Part shown: positions 45,560 through 57,700 of the stretch, piece by piece
Layout of the letters: the number at the start of each line of letters is the position of its first letter
Numbering within the stretch: the stretch's first letter is position 1
Origin: an uncultured virus (IMG/VR IMGVR_UViG_3300025849_000024)
Lineage: Duplodnaviria; Heunggongvirae; Uroviricota; Caudoviricetes; Crassvirales
DNA length: 64,000 nt
IMG/VR virus record: IMGVR_UViG_3300025849_000024
Direction: 5' to 3' (one strand)
Position numbers and translations under genes: made by a program
The notes under the pieces: generated by a model
Told to the model about the DNA's origin: nothing
What the model saw: only the letters and a program-made list of their open reading frames with translations
Database searches by the model: none

Positions 45560-46465
45560 ATGGATTATTATAAAAGTACAAAAATCAGCAATTCTTCTTT
45601 AAGTTACATAAACCCAGAACAAGGAGGATCACCAAGAAAATTTAAAGATTATATAGATGGTAATACTAACAACATTAGTACACCTTCTTTGTACACAGGT
45701 ACAACTATTCATCAATACTTTTTAGAACCAGAAACTTTTATGGTATCAGACGTCGACAGACCTAGTGATACTATAGTAAAAGTAATAGATAAAGTTTACG
45801 AAGTCACTAGAGGTGAGTTAAATACGGACATAGAGTCTCATGATTTATACTTACTAGGAGCAGCTAAAGAGTTTGGTTATGGACAGTCTTGGAAACCAGA
45901 AACATTACTTAAAAAAATCATCGATCAAGGTAAAGAGTACTATAACTTTTTACACAGAGCGGATGGCAAGATTTGTATAGATCAAAAAATGGCTGCTATG
46001 TTAGCAAACATAAAAGAATCTGTAAATAATCATGCAGGCGTTAAAAAACTGTTGTTTGATACACCAGGAGTTAACGAAGAGGATGTATATTGGGGACCGA
46101 ATGAAGCATACAAATCTAAAATAGATAGGTATACTTCTAATGCGCTTATAGATTTAAAAACAACATCAAAGTCATTATCTTTCTTTAGAAGCTCTTTTGA
46201 TTACTATCATTATGATAGACAGCTTGCCTTTTACAAAGACGCTTTAGAGTGGATAGGAAAGCCTGTAGAGCAATGTTATATTATAGCTATAGAGACAACC
46301 GGTTACAACCAAGTACGTATCTTTGAAGTTGGTGAGAAATTGATTGAAGAGGGTAGACAAAAATATAAAGATCTACTTAACAGAATAGAGTACCATCAAC
46401 AAACACAACAGTGGATAGAACCACAAGAAGTGTATGAAAATAATGGTATAACTTTATTTAACTAA
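45560..46465 (+). CDS. PD-(D/E)XK nuclease (RecE/ExoVIII-like)
   Basis: 301 aa; ISNSSL, GTTIH, E...KSKIDR...IDLKTT, Y.RQLAFY. Confidence 0.85.
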   Translation: MDYYKSTKISNSSLSYINPEQGGSPRKFKDYIDGNTNNISTPSLYTGTTIHQYFLEPETFMVSDVDRPSDTIVKVIDKVYEVTRGELNTDIESHDLYLLGAAKEFGYGQSWKPETLLKKIIDQGKEYYNFLHRADGKICIDQKMAAMLANIKESVNNHAGVKKLLFDTPGVNEEDVYWGPNEAYKSKIDRYTSNALIDLKTTSKSLSFFRSSFDYYHYDRQLAFYKDALEWIGKPVEQCYIIAIETTGYNQVRIFEVGEKLIEEGRQKYKDLLNRIEYHQQTQQWIEPQEVYENNGITLFN

Positions 46466-46469
46466 ATCA

Positions 46470-46718
46470 ATGATCAAAAGAGAAGAAAAACTTAAAGGTA
46501 GAAGAGAAGCACATAAAGCTTTAGAAAGAGCAAAGGCTTTAGTACAAGAACGAAGAAAAAATAAAGATACAGCTGGTCCTTTTTATAAGGACGGTTGTAT
46601 TATTTATTGTAGTAAAGACAGAGTAGAAGAAGTTTTAGAAAAGTATAACATAGATAACGATGCTCCTATAAAAAGGTATGATCCGTTCGAAAAAAAGAAA
46701 AAAGATGCCAAAAAGTAA
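46470..46718 (+). CDS. Hypothetical protein
   Basis: 82 aa, charged, operon-like packing. Confidence 0.6.
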   Translation: MIKREEKLKGRREAHKALERAKALVQERRKNKDTAGPFYKDGCIIYCSKDRVEEVLEKYNIDNDAPIKRYDPFEKKKKDAKK

Positions 46719-47067
46719 AGCAGAAGATCGAAAAGAAACTCCAATATTTACCGGAGTATTAAAGTACTTTCCTGATGCTATTAAATGCATATCAAAAGTT
46801 TCGTTACAAGGAAACTTACAACACCATCCAGACAAACCCTTACATTGGGACAAATCTAAGTCCGCGGATGATCTTGATGCGTTAACTAGACATCTTATGG
46901 ATGCAGGTACAATAGATGATGACGGTATCAGACACTCAGCAAAAGTTGCTTGGAGAGCTCTTGCTAATTTACAACGTGAGTTAGAACAAGATGTAAAAGA
47001 ACAACAGTGGTATATTGATCAGTATAACAGAAACAGAAAACCAGAGAAACATCATGGAAAAAACTAA
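46705..47067 (+). CDS. dATP/dGTP diphosphohydrolase-like protein (DUF5664)
   Basis: RKETPIFTGVLKYFPDAI...VSLQGN..H...LHW...DALTRHL...D.DG..H.AKVAWRALA. Confidence 0.8.
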   Translation: MPKSKAEDRKETPIFTGVLKYFPDAIKCISKVSLQGNLQHHPDKPLHWDKSKSADDLDALTRHLMDAGTIDDDGIRHSAKVAWRALANLQRELEQDVKEQQWYIDQYNRNRKPEKHHGKN

Positions 47068-47206
47068 AACAATACTTAAACAAATATCTTTTTTAAAACA
47101 ACTAAAAGGGGTTGATAATAAAAAAAGAATACAGAAATTACAGCAAAAATTAGATAATATAGTACAAAAATATGGAAGAAATTCAGATACAGCCCCTAAG
47201 ACCTGA
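47054..47206 (+). CDS. Small basic hypothetical protein
   Basis: 50 aa from MEKTK; bridges the two neighbouring genes. Confidence 0.5.
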   Translation: MEKTKTILKQISFLKQLKGVDNKKRIQKLQQKLDNIVQKYGRNSDTAPKT

Positions 47207-47657
47207 AATAGGTCAGATTAGTCTAGAAGAAATTGAACGTATAGTATTAGAAACAGGTAGAATAGATATACGTGTTGTATCTAGAAAAAGAAACTATGTA
47301 TTACATAGAGGTATCTTTTTTATGTTAGCTGTTGCTTATACAAGACATTCATTAGCTAGTATTGGTTTGCATTTAGGAAAAGACCACGCAACGGTTATTC
47401 ATGCAAACAAAACAACACCTTGGACATTAGCACAAGACAAAGATGCAAAAAATATGTTTCGTGCAATTCATGCTAGAGTTAGACATAAAATTGACACTAG
47501 ACTAAAAGAAATTGATTTTATTAAAGATAATAGAGTAGACTCTGCAACAGATTATATGAATGTTTATGATCGAGTTGATAGACTTTTAATAGAAGTAGAA
47601 CATTTGAAAACGCAATTAGCAAAAGAAATAACAGTAGAATATGATACAGCAATCTGA
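47172..47657 (+). CDS. DnaA domain IV (C-terminal HTH) protein with coiled-coil tail
   Basis: 161 aa; SRKRNYVLHR...SLASIGLHLGKDHATVIHA matches the DnaA signature; no AAA+ domain. Confidence 0.8.
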   Translation: MEEIQIQPLRPEIGQISLEEIERIVLETGRIDIRVVSRKRNYVLHRGIFFMLAVAYTRHSLASIGLHLGKDHATVIHANKTTPWTLAQDKDAKNMFRAIHARVRHKIDTRLKEIDFIKDNRVDSATDYMNVYDRVDRLLIEVEHLKTQLAKEITVEYDTAI

Positions 47658-48741
47658 TATATTAGAAATAGTAGACAAATTTAACAACAAGCTCCTTATA
47701 AATAAAACCAGTCCATACACTATAAAGTTACATCAAGATAACGAAAACAGACTCAGAGACTTAGGATTTTTAGTGCAAGTAACTCCAGAAAAAGTTATAT
47801 ATAAAAAGCACGAGAAAGAAGCAGACATTTATAGAAAAACAAAAGCATGGAGTGTACATGCTAGAATTTTAGATTTTGCAAACGAGATAGAATACGAAAC
47901 TGCTACAGCAGTGTATAGAATTAGCACACAAGATGCAAAGAGTAAATCTGGTAAAATAGTATATAAAAATGCAAGTTATACTCAAAAAATCTATATTCCA
48001 ATAAAGTATTGGACTGTTGAGTATAAAAATCCTGCTAACCAAAAGTTATATGAGTATTTAGGGTATGAATGGTATAGTGAACTTAGAGATCTATTTGACA
48101 AAGACTATATGAAAAACATAGGACACTCAGTTAATAAGCTAAGAGCTACTAATATTGTATATCCTGCAAAAGATGAGGTGTTTAATGCTTTTAAGTATTG
48201 CAGCTTCCTGGATACTAATGTAGTTATCATAGGACAAGATCCGTACCATGACGGCAGTGCTCACGGTTTGGCTTTTTCTATACGAGAAGGTCAGACTAAA
48301 GTACCTCCTAGTTTACGTAACATACTTAAAGAAGTTCAAGATGATTATTACTCTGGTAACTTTGCTTTTAAAAGCGCTCATAGTCCTACACTAACACGTT
48401 GGGCGTCGCAAGGAGTATTAATGATAAACAAAACTTTAACAGTTAATAAGAGTCAAGCTAACTCTCATTCTAATCTAGGATGGAATAAGTTTACCCAGGA
48501 CGTTATAGACAAGCTTATAGCTTCTAAAACAGCCTCAAAAAAACCACTTGTATTTATATTGTGGGGTAAAGAATCACAGAAATTAGCACCAGAAGAGTCT
48601 GAATACATAAAAGTAATCAAAGCTCCTCATCCTGCAGCAGAAGTATATGCTGGAGGTAAAGCAGGTTTCTTTGGGTCTAAGCCTTTTACAAAATGCAACG
48701 AATTCTTAGAAGAATTTAAACTTCAAGGAATTATATGGTAA
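47641..48741 (+). CDS. ung: Uracil-DNA glycosylase (family 1) with N-terminal extension
   Basis: 366 aa; GQDPYH, HGLAFS, VPPSLRNI, WASQGVLMIN, FILWG, HP. Confidence 0.93.
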   Translation: MIQQSDILEIVDKFNNKLLINKTSPYTIKLHQDNENRLRDLGFLVQVTPEKVIYKKHEKEADIYRKTKAWSVHARILDFANEIEYETATAVYRISTQDAKSKSGKIVYKNASYTQKIYIPIKYWTVEYKNPANQKLYEYLGYEWYSELRDLFDKDYMKNIGHSVNKLRATNIVYPAKDEVFNAFKYCSFLDTNVVIIGQDPYHDGSAHGLAFSIREGQTKVPPSLRNILKEVQDDYYSGNFAFKSAHSPTLTRWASQGVLMINKTLTVNKSQANSHSNLGWNKFTQDVIDKLIASKTASKKPLVFILWGKESQKLAPEESEYIKVIKAPHPAAEVYAGGKAGFFGSKPFTKCNEFLEEFKLQGIIW

Positions 48742-48772
48742 AAATAAGCCTCGCTATATGCGGGGCTTTTTT
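48741..48772. terminator. Bidirectional terminator between convergent early and late blocks
   Basis: AAAAATAAGCCTCGC-TATAT-GCGGGGCTT-TTTT. Confidence 0.8.
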
Positions 48773-48777
48773 CTTTC

Positions 48778-51700
48778 TTAGTTGGTTAACTTAGTAAAGT
48801 TCTTCCAAGCTGTCTCAGGATCGAATTGTACTCCACCACTGTACCCTAAAGATTGCAATACTCTTACTTTAAATTTACTTTCTCCTTTTTTCCACACACC
48901 ACTATCTCTTTTATATTCTGCAAATGGATCTGACAATTGTGCAATAAGCTTTTCAGCACGTAGTATAGAATTAGTCATTGCTGTAGGTGATCTTAAAATT
49001 CTAAGTAAATCCGATACTGCTCCAAAGGTTGGTGCAAATGCATTAATCTCTCCTTTTAACGTAGTCATTAGATACAATAAATAATAAGCACTTGTTGGTA
49101 TTTCATCATCATCATCTTCTACCATTTGTGTTAATATACCTACTAGTGTACTAAGTATTGCTAACGTTCCTATTTCATACAGCGCTCTAAAAGCCTTCTC
49201 TTTATCTTTAGCTGTTACAGTAGATCGTTTGTATGCATCTTTTAACTTTTCTAAAGTCTTAGCTTCAGTACTTGTTTTCCAGTTATCCATCATATTATTA
49301 ATAAACCATCTGTAGAATCCTCCATCTACTTGATTTGTCTCATGATTAACAAATTGTGTTCTGTATCTGTTTAACAATGTAGGTACAAGAAATTTTCTAA
49401 AAAGCTCTAACATTCTACCTCCTGAAGATTGAGACAAAACTGATTTGTCCATACGTCTGTAGTTACCATTCAGCCTTCTATTCATTTCTCTTATCTCTGA
49501 AATTGTCTGAGTTACAAGTTTTTGTGCTTTTGCTTGTTCCGCTTCTGTACCTCCTACTAGTTCTAGTAATCCGGTTTTAGGGTTTACATAAAAAGCATTA
49601 TACAAGTTATATTTTTTACCGTCTAAAATTACTTCTTTATTTTTAAGATGTGCGATCATAGCTCCTCCTTGTGCCGCTACCTCACCAATATGATAGTTAA
49701 TTAACAATGTATCAGTACTTAAAAACTGTCTCATTGCAGTTCTACCTGATACTTGTTTACCTACTAGATCTTCAAAGTTACCTTGTATACCATCAAACTT
49801 GATTAACATTTGTCCTATAAAAGATCTGTTACCCAGTTTATTGTATTTGTCGTCATACAAGTCTTTTATACGAGTCATCATTTCTTTATGACCATCAGCA
49901 AACTGAGATGCATTTATAAGAGCTGAGTTACCTCGACTTGCACCAGATTCAAAGAGTTGTTGAAAAGAAGCAGTCAAATAGTTACGTGTACCTTTTAAAA
50001 AATCAAGCCCTAATGTAGTTACAGCTGTATATCCTAGTATAGTATCAATAATTTTATCTACTTGTATTTCTTTAGTACCAACAGTTACTTTTTCTATTTT
50101 TTTAGTCTTACCTAAAAGTACCATTTCAATGTATTTCTCTAGTCTCTTCTCTATTATACTTTCTCCTTCTTGTATTTCAGATCTCTTTTTACCAAATTTA
50201 GCTAGTGCTGTTTTATTTAGTCTTTTAGGATCCTGTACTTGTCTATTAGCAAACGTATCTTGTAATAAATATGCAATTTGTAATAACTCATTGTTCTTTT
50301 CAGCAGTAAGAGCGCCGTTAGAAAACATACTAAGAGACGTCATTACGTCTAAAGAAACATCATTAGAGTCTATATCGTCCATAAACATTACAGGAGCGTA
50401 TTGTTCTGATTGTTTATCTAATGCAGCTATACCATATGCAATTGCATCATCCTGGTCTACAGTAAATAATCTAGAGTATGCTTCTTTGATTTCACTCAAC
50501 GTTCCTTTTTCAAGAACTCTATCTAAAGCTCCTTTACGTATAGAAGGCAATGCCATGTTTACACTTTGTTTTTTATATACAAGTGCTAAAGACTGGTTAT
50601 AAATATCAGTAAACTCTTGGTGTGCTCTACCGTTTTGGTTTTTAGGAAAACCGTCGGAATCATATAAAGAAGTCCATTTTTTATTTATGTAAGATTTGTT
50701 AGGTCTAGTTACCATATATCCAAAGTATGATGCAGAAGATTTACCTTTAAACTTACTGTTTGCTTTTTCTACAGCCTCTATAGCATCAAACTCTTCTTGG
50801 TCAATAAATCCATTTTCTAACGCTGCTTGTGCATTCATTTGTGTAAGAGCCCAAGCTTTAACATCTCCTCCAGCTTTACGTGCAGCATTTTGTATTTCTT
50901 CTGTGTTTTTTGCAACAGTGTTATTTTTAAACCATCCAGATCTTCTAAGACCAAATCTTACAAGTTCTTTTTCTGTAGGACCATTAACTTTAATAGTCTG
51001 CAGTCTTTTTAGATTATTTTGTAAACTGTTTATAACAAATGATACAGTTTCTTTGTTTTCTAGCTGATCGTATTGAGCTAATTTGTTTTCTACTTTAGTG
51101 ATGTCTTGTTCTATTTTTGCTAAATAATCTATACGAAGATCTAACAAACTTGCTTTAAGCTCAGACTCTGCTTTTTCCTGTGCTTTATCAAAAGCTGTAT
51201 CATCGTATTTAGTAACGAGAGTCCACACATCTTTATTACCAGTTGTTCTATTATTTTTTAATTCAATAATAGGTTCGTAGATTTTACTTACGTCATTACC
51301 TATATTCTTTCCTTCTATTAATGTGTCATATGCATCCTGTAGTCTGTTGTGCACAGCAAGCATTCTCATTCTCTGCTGATCATTTAACTGATGGTTCATA
51401 TTTATTAGACCCGCAAGTGTAGGATCAGAAGATGTAGACGGAGATGTCAACAAATACATAAAATAAGAATCATCTTGTAAACTGTAACGTAATGCTCTTG
51501 CAAATGCCTCTTCAGACTGCGGTGCCTGACCTACTATTAATTTTAATTTTTCTACTCTATTGTTTAATACGCCAAGCATTTTAGCTTTTTCTTTTTGTGT
51601 CTTAGAGCTAGCTTTTATTTTTTCTCTTTGTTTGTTTATTTGATCTAGTTGTATGTCTACATATTCTTTAGTAGCCGGACCAGACGCTTCTACAAATGGG

Positions 51701-54700
51701 TATAACTTTTCAGCAAGTACTGGTATATATTCGTCTTGTAATTTGTTACGTAATTTATTTAACAATGCAACAGAGTCATTAAGCTTACTAACTTTACTTC
51801 TGTTGTCTTTATCGTCTTTTAACTCCCCTGCTTCTATTTGTTTAATAAGTGCTCCAGGTAGTTCATCTAAGAAAGTAAAACTGTTTAATAAAATTCTATA
51901 TTTATTAAATCCTTCTATACGTTCTTTTATATCTCGTTTATCATTTGCTAGAAATAAATCTAACAAATCACTAGATTCTTTTACCTCTTCGTAAAATGAA
52001 TCAACAGATACAAAAATATCTTTAGCCGCTTTGATATCAGCAATTTGTTTTGCTAATCGTGCTTGTCTGTTTTTAACAAACGTTGTGTTTTTAATATTCT
52101 GTTTTGTTTGAGCTAACTGGTTCTCAAGAATAATAAGAACGTTATTTAATAAATTGTTATATGGATCTACAGTATTCATAGACTCAATCTGTTCAGTGCT
52201 ATTAGCAACAAACGGTTCTAGTCTAACAATTGTAGCCTGTGATGATTTAAATATAAAGTCTGCAAGCTTACCTTTAGCTTGTTTTTTCATATCAGTAAAA
52301 GAACTATAACCTAATTCTTTAGCTAGTTTCTCTTTACTTATTGTAGATAGATCATTGATGTTGTTAATAGGGGTCTTTCTAATAATAACTGCTTTACCAA
52401 AATCCTTACTACCGTTTGTAATGTTTACAACAGCATCCTGATTTGGTATTAGTCGACCACTAAAGTCTATGTACACAGTAGGATCTCCTGCTGCTAGATT
52501 TGCAGTTGCATTTGCATCTACTTTAAGTGCTATGTCATCAAACAAAGTACCATCACTAAGTGCATACATATTTCCAACATTGGATTGTGTACCATACTGG
52601 AAACCTTCAGCACCTATTAACCTGTCTACAGGTTGTAGTATTTTTGCTAGTTGCTCTAACTCAGATCCTTGTTTAATATCAATACCAAACATATTAGCAA
52701 GTAGCTTAACAAACTTACTCCACATGCTTTCTAATATACCCTGCTCGTTAGGAGACATAAGCTCATTAAGATCATTTATTAGCTTATTATCTTTGTATAA
52801 TAAATTTGTTATGATCTCTTCTGCTGCTAATTCTTCAGGATTAGGCTGACCCTTACCTTTATAAAGATTTACATATTGGTTAAAAATCTTTTGAATCCTT
52901 TTTGCATTTTCATCTCCTTTGTGATTTTTAACTAATTCTTTGTACCAACTTAAAACATCACGTCTTAACTTTTTCTGATCGCCGTCAGGTAACAAATCAA
53001 GACCTGCGTGTAATGCTTCTTCTAAAAATTTAGTTTTATCTAACTGTCCAAGAACAATAGTATTAGATTTACCGTTATAGTAAGTATCACCCCCTGGAGA
53101 ATAGTCAACTTTAACGTCTTTAATCTTATCTAAAAGATTAGACATTTCATCAGTTTTAAAACCAAATTGCTCTTTCATCTGCGCTACAGTGTAAATACCT
53201 GCAGAAAATACTGGTGTTCTGTCTTGTTCTACCTGTTGCTCAGGTAAAGATTCGCCTTGATAAGCAGTTGTTTTATTTTTTGCTTTTTTATAAACTTCTT
53301 CTAAATCTTTTAAATTTTCTTCTGTTGCTTTGGTTGCTGTATCTAGCGCATCAGAAAATCTTTTAAAACTACTAGCAGGCATGTATCTAATAAAAGAGTT
53401 TGCACTAAACTCTAACATACTAGATGCCATTAAATATTTTAACAAGTTGTCAGATAATGTAGGAAAGTCTTCAAACAAATCTTCTAACTGACCCATAAGT
53501 TGTGCAGATACCTCATTACTCATTTTGGTAAATGAGTCTGCTACAAGTACTTTTTTGCCTTGATCATTACTTTCTATTTGTAACAAACTATGCAATGCTA
53601 TGTTGTAGTTATATTTAGGATCTTTTTTAAGGTTCTCTATCTGTTGTATAGTAGCTGCTAAGTCAGAAGAACTAGACTCTCCATATTCTTTTACAAAAAC
53701 ATTATATACTTCCGCAGGTTTTAAAAAAGTGTCTGCAAGATTACCAGCTAGGTAATTCATTGCGTTACTGTTATTTTGATATACTTTATGATTAGCAATT
53801 ATTTGTTTAATAAGTGCACTTGTTTCAGGATTCTTATCACTTTCAGTAAAAGCTTCACGAATTCTATCTAAAGCTACTTTATCTTTTACTCCTCTAGTTG
53901 TAGCAAGTAACCCTGTAGCGTTTAATCCAGTAACACCAGTCCAAGCTAAAATAGAATTAGCATTTAGCATTACTATTTTTTGTACAGCAAGAAAATCTCT
54001 CTCATCTTGTGTAAGCTCTTTTCTTTCTAGAAGTTCAGTAATATTATAATCAGCTAATAAAGCTTTATCTAACGCCTCCGTAGTAAGTGCTACAGCATCA
54101 AACTCAAACGGACTAAATTTTTGTAATAAATTATGTCTAATACGACTTTGTCTTTCTTTCTTTTTAGTAAGAGATAGTGTATCTAAATCCGATTGCAGGT
54201 TTTTTAACCTAGAGTATTCTTTTAATATAGGTTGATTAACAAACATAAATGCTCTAGACTGTCCTGCTGCAAGACCAATAATGTGTCCCGCAATACTAGT
54301 CATATCGTCATCCAGGTTTAACTTAGGTGCAATACCAAGTTTAACGTTATCTACAAATAATGTAATCAAAGAAGATATAGAATCAAACTTACTACGTGCT
54401 TCTTCTTCAACATTCAATCCTGTTTTAAGATTTACGTCGTCTTCATATATAGGCTCAAAGCTATTGTAGTTTACACCATCAATTTCAAAACCAACTTCTG
54501 GTTTATATTTCATTTGTGTAAGCATTGATACAAGAGCGTTTAAGTTAGCTGCAATACCAATGTTAGCCTCACCAATTTTATTTGCAAGGTTAAAATCTAA
54601 GTTACCTACTACAGTAAATATAGACTCTTTAGTAAAATCAAAGTTATATTTATCTATTACGTCTTGTGCAACACCTTCAGTAGCAGGAGTAAACATCATC

Positions 54701-57700
54701 TCTGCAATTTCAGGTTGACTAAATATATCTAACATGTTATCTAACATGTCATTTTGTAGTACTGCCGGGTTATCGGTAGCACCTATATTTAATCTTTCCA
54801 TTGCCTCTTTAACAGAAATAGCATTACCCTCTTCATCTTTATAAGATCTTCTCATAGATTTTATAAGAGGTTGCTGTGCCCAATATGCTTCAGTAGCTTC
54901 TGCACTATTAGCAGGAGTTACTACCTGGTTACCAGATACAACAGTAGATGCATATCTATGTAAAAATAATTTATCTAAATCGTAATCAGATCCTGCAAGA
55001 GATGGTAGCTCTAAAGGCGTAACCATTGTATCTCCTTTACTATCTGGCAAAAACCCTACAACCTTAATAGGTAACATAGAGTGATATGTTTGTGTAGGTA
55101 TACGTGCTGCAAATGCTGTAAGCAATCTATCCGGTATGTCTTCTATATTATCAAACTTAGTTAAGTTAAAGAATTTTTTAGATACAAGTACCTCAGCAAA
55201 TTCTACAACTCCATTGTTTAGTCTGTGTATTTTTAACGGCTCACCTGTTTGTGGATTTAAGTAATGTGTACCAGAAGCTAGCGTAGCTATACCTCCTGCA
55301 ACATTAGATCTTAATGCTCCTTTATTATACAACGATATCATAGTTTGTTCTATAACCGGTTGTATGTGTGGTAAGTTGTAATTATATGTTTTTCCGTCTT
55401 CAGTCAATTGTAACAACTCAAGCACTTCAGGACCCCTAGTATTTTCATTCATACTGTATACCATGTCCTTAAATGCCTGATTGTTTTCAGGTTGTAATAA
55501 AGACTGTACAGCTTCTAAAAATATTTTTTTCTGATCCGCGTTTGCATTGTTTATGTTGTCAACTAATTCTCTAGAAGAACTTTCAGTCAGCATAGATCCA
55601 AACAAATCATGTACTTGCTTTGCTAGCACTGATTCTGTCTCTCTACCTTTTTTAGATTTTGTTCTATTGATTACTTGGTCGCGCTCAAACTGCATTTCAC
55701 CGGTGTGAATTAGTCCTTCGTCGATAGTAGTATCAAAACCTTCAATCATTTTATCTGACTTACGCTTAGATGCACTCTCTGGAATTAAATACATAATTCT
55801 ATTTGCATTAAGCATGTCGTATATCTTACCTAGTTCAGGGTGTGCTTCCGCTTCTTCCTGTGTAATAATATTATCAGACTTCTTAAAATATCTATTACCG
55901 TCTTCGTAAACAGTTTTTGTAGAATTTAAATCTAAGGAGTTTATTTCTTGCGGTGTAAGCTCTATAGATGGATCATCTAAACGCTGTACTAATTTTTCGT
56001 AAGCTCTTTTTTGCGTGGCACTGGTAAAATTACCAGATTGCAGTTCTCTAAATGCATACATCTCTTGTGTCATTAACACCTGCGCATCATTAGAGGCTGC
56101 CTCTACTCCTTGGAATGTAACATTAGAATCAGCATACATAAGGTATTTGTACTTCATACGCCCTTTAATATCTCCAGAAGCATGAAAACCAGCTAGACGT
56201 TTATTAAAATCAATGTCATCTACAAAGTTACTATCACCATGAAAGAGCTGTGTAAAACTTGCACTATTTATTAAATGGTTAATTGCAAGCTGACCAATCT
56301 TGTCATTAGCAGACATGTCTGTATCTTTAGCACTAGGTGTTAGTTGCTCCAGGTTTAATCCTAACATCTCTGTTCTAGTTGTAAGATCTGCTACCACTTT
56401 TTCTAACATAGGTCGTATAACCTCTTCTTTCATCTTAGTCTCAAACGCAGCTGTGGCATTTTTTCTAGATTTAAGATAGTCAACTACGCTTGTACCGTCT
56501 GCTAACATAGCATTATTAAGTACAGATAAAATACCAAAATAATTTGGAGTTCCTTTTTTACTTTTAAGTTGTTTATTTGGATCCTGGTTTCTTTTAAACT
56601 CACTAAGTAACAATCCATATGCATCTTCTATAGCTGTAGGTGTAATACCTGAAATTCCATCATAGTAGTTTTTAATAGGTAATCTTACAGTGTATAACGA
56701 GCTTTTAGATTCAATAACATGTGGTATGTAATAACCGTAACCTTTTACATCTTCGTTCATAAACAAAGAGTACATAAGCATAAGTCTCTGTTTATCACTT
56801 AGTTGTTTATTAGTAGCTGTTGATTTTGTAGTAATAGGATTTCCATTACCATCAAAATCTGAATCAGTAATAGAAACATCTCCTGCAAAAGCAACTGTTA
56901 GATTACTTAATACCTCATCGTTATTTAAAACGTTGTTTGGATTAGTGTCTAAAGAACCATTCTCAGCTAGTTTTATTATATTCTCTAAGTAAAGATTTTT
57001 AGCTACGTATCTATAGTGCGACTTACCCTTTGAATCTCTATAGTTTGCTTCATAGGTAGACATGTCAAAAGCTTGTGCAATATTAGCAAGCTCCATAACT
57101 TTTTTAGATCTTACATTTACTCCTTTAGCTTTATCAAATATATTTTGGTCTCCTATTAAGTCAGTTAAGTACCCTTCAGAGTCTAACCCGTCAGGTAATA
57201 ATTCAGGAAAAGCCTCTCTTAGTTTTGTATCACCTAATAAGTAAGCAGCAAACGCAGGAGTTACATCCCAACCTGCTTTAGCAAAAGATTTTACAATTGC
57301 ATCTACACCTTCTTGTGTAAATCCATCTTGTCCTAACCTTTTTGATATTTTAGCTAGTTCTTGGTTAAGTACTTTTCTGTTTGTTTTACCCTTCCATCTA
57401 TTAAAGATCTGATTAGCACCAGAGCTTTCTACAGGATTTACAAAGAAAAAGTTTCTTTTTGGTCCTGTTATAAAACGTAAGTAATCAACAGAAAATTTGT
57501 TAAAAGCATTTAAGAATTGTGTTTTAATATCTTCATTACCTTTTGCATTTATTGCACCAAGTACTGCAGCTTCTATAGATTCATATTGCGCAACAGCTTC
57601 TAAACGTTTTATCATATCTCCCTCTGTAGATTGATTAGATAAAAGCTTCATAAGATGACCAGATAGTGTGTGACCATCCATAGTCTTTCTTATAATTGTT

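Noticed and set aside
45405..45602. 65-aa ORF from the track
   Set aside because: The overlapping frame 45374-45499 gives a coherent Zn-finger protein with proper spacing, so this ORF is likely a shadow.
46705..47067. Z-genome (2-aminoadenine) pathway
   Set aside because: DUF5664 alone is insufficient. No PurZ or HD-type dATPase is recognisable here, though the rest of the genome is unseen.
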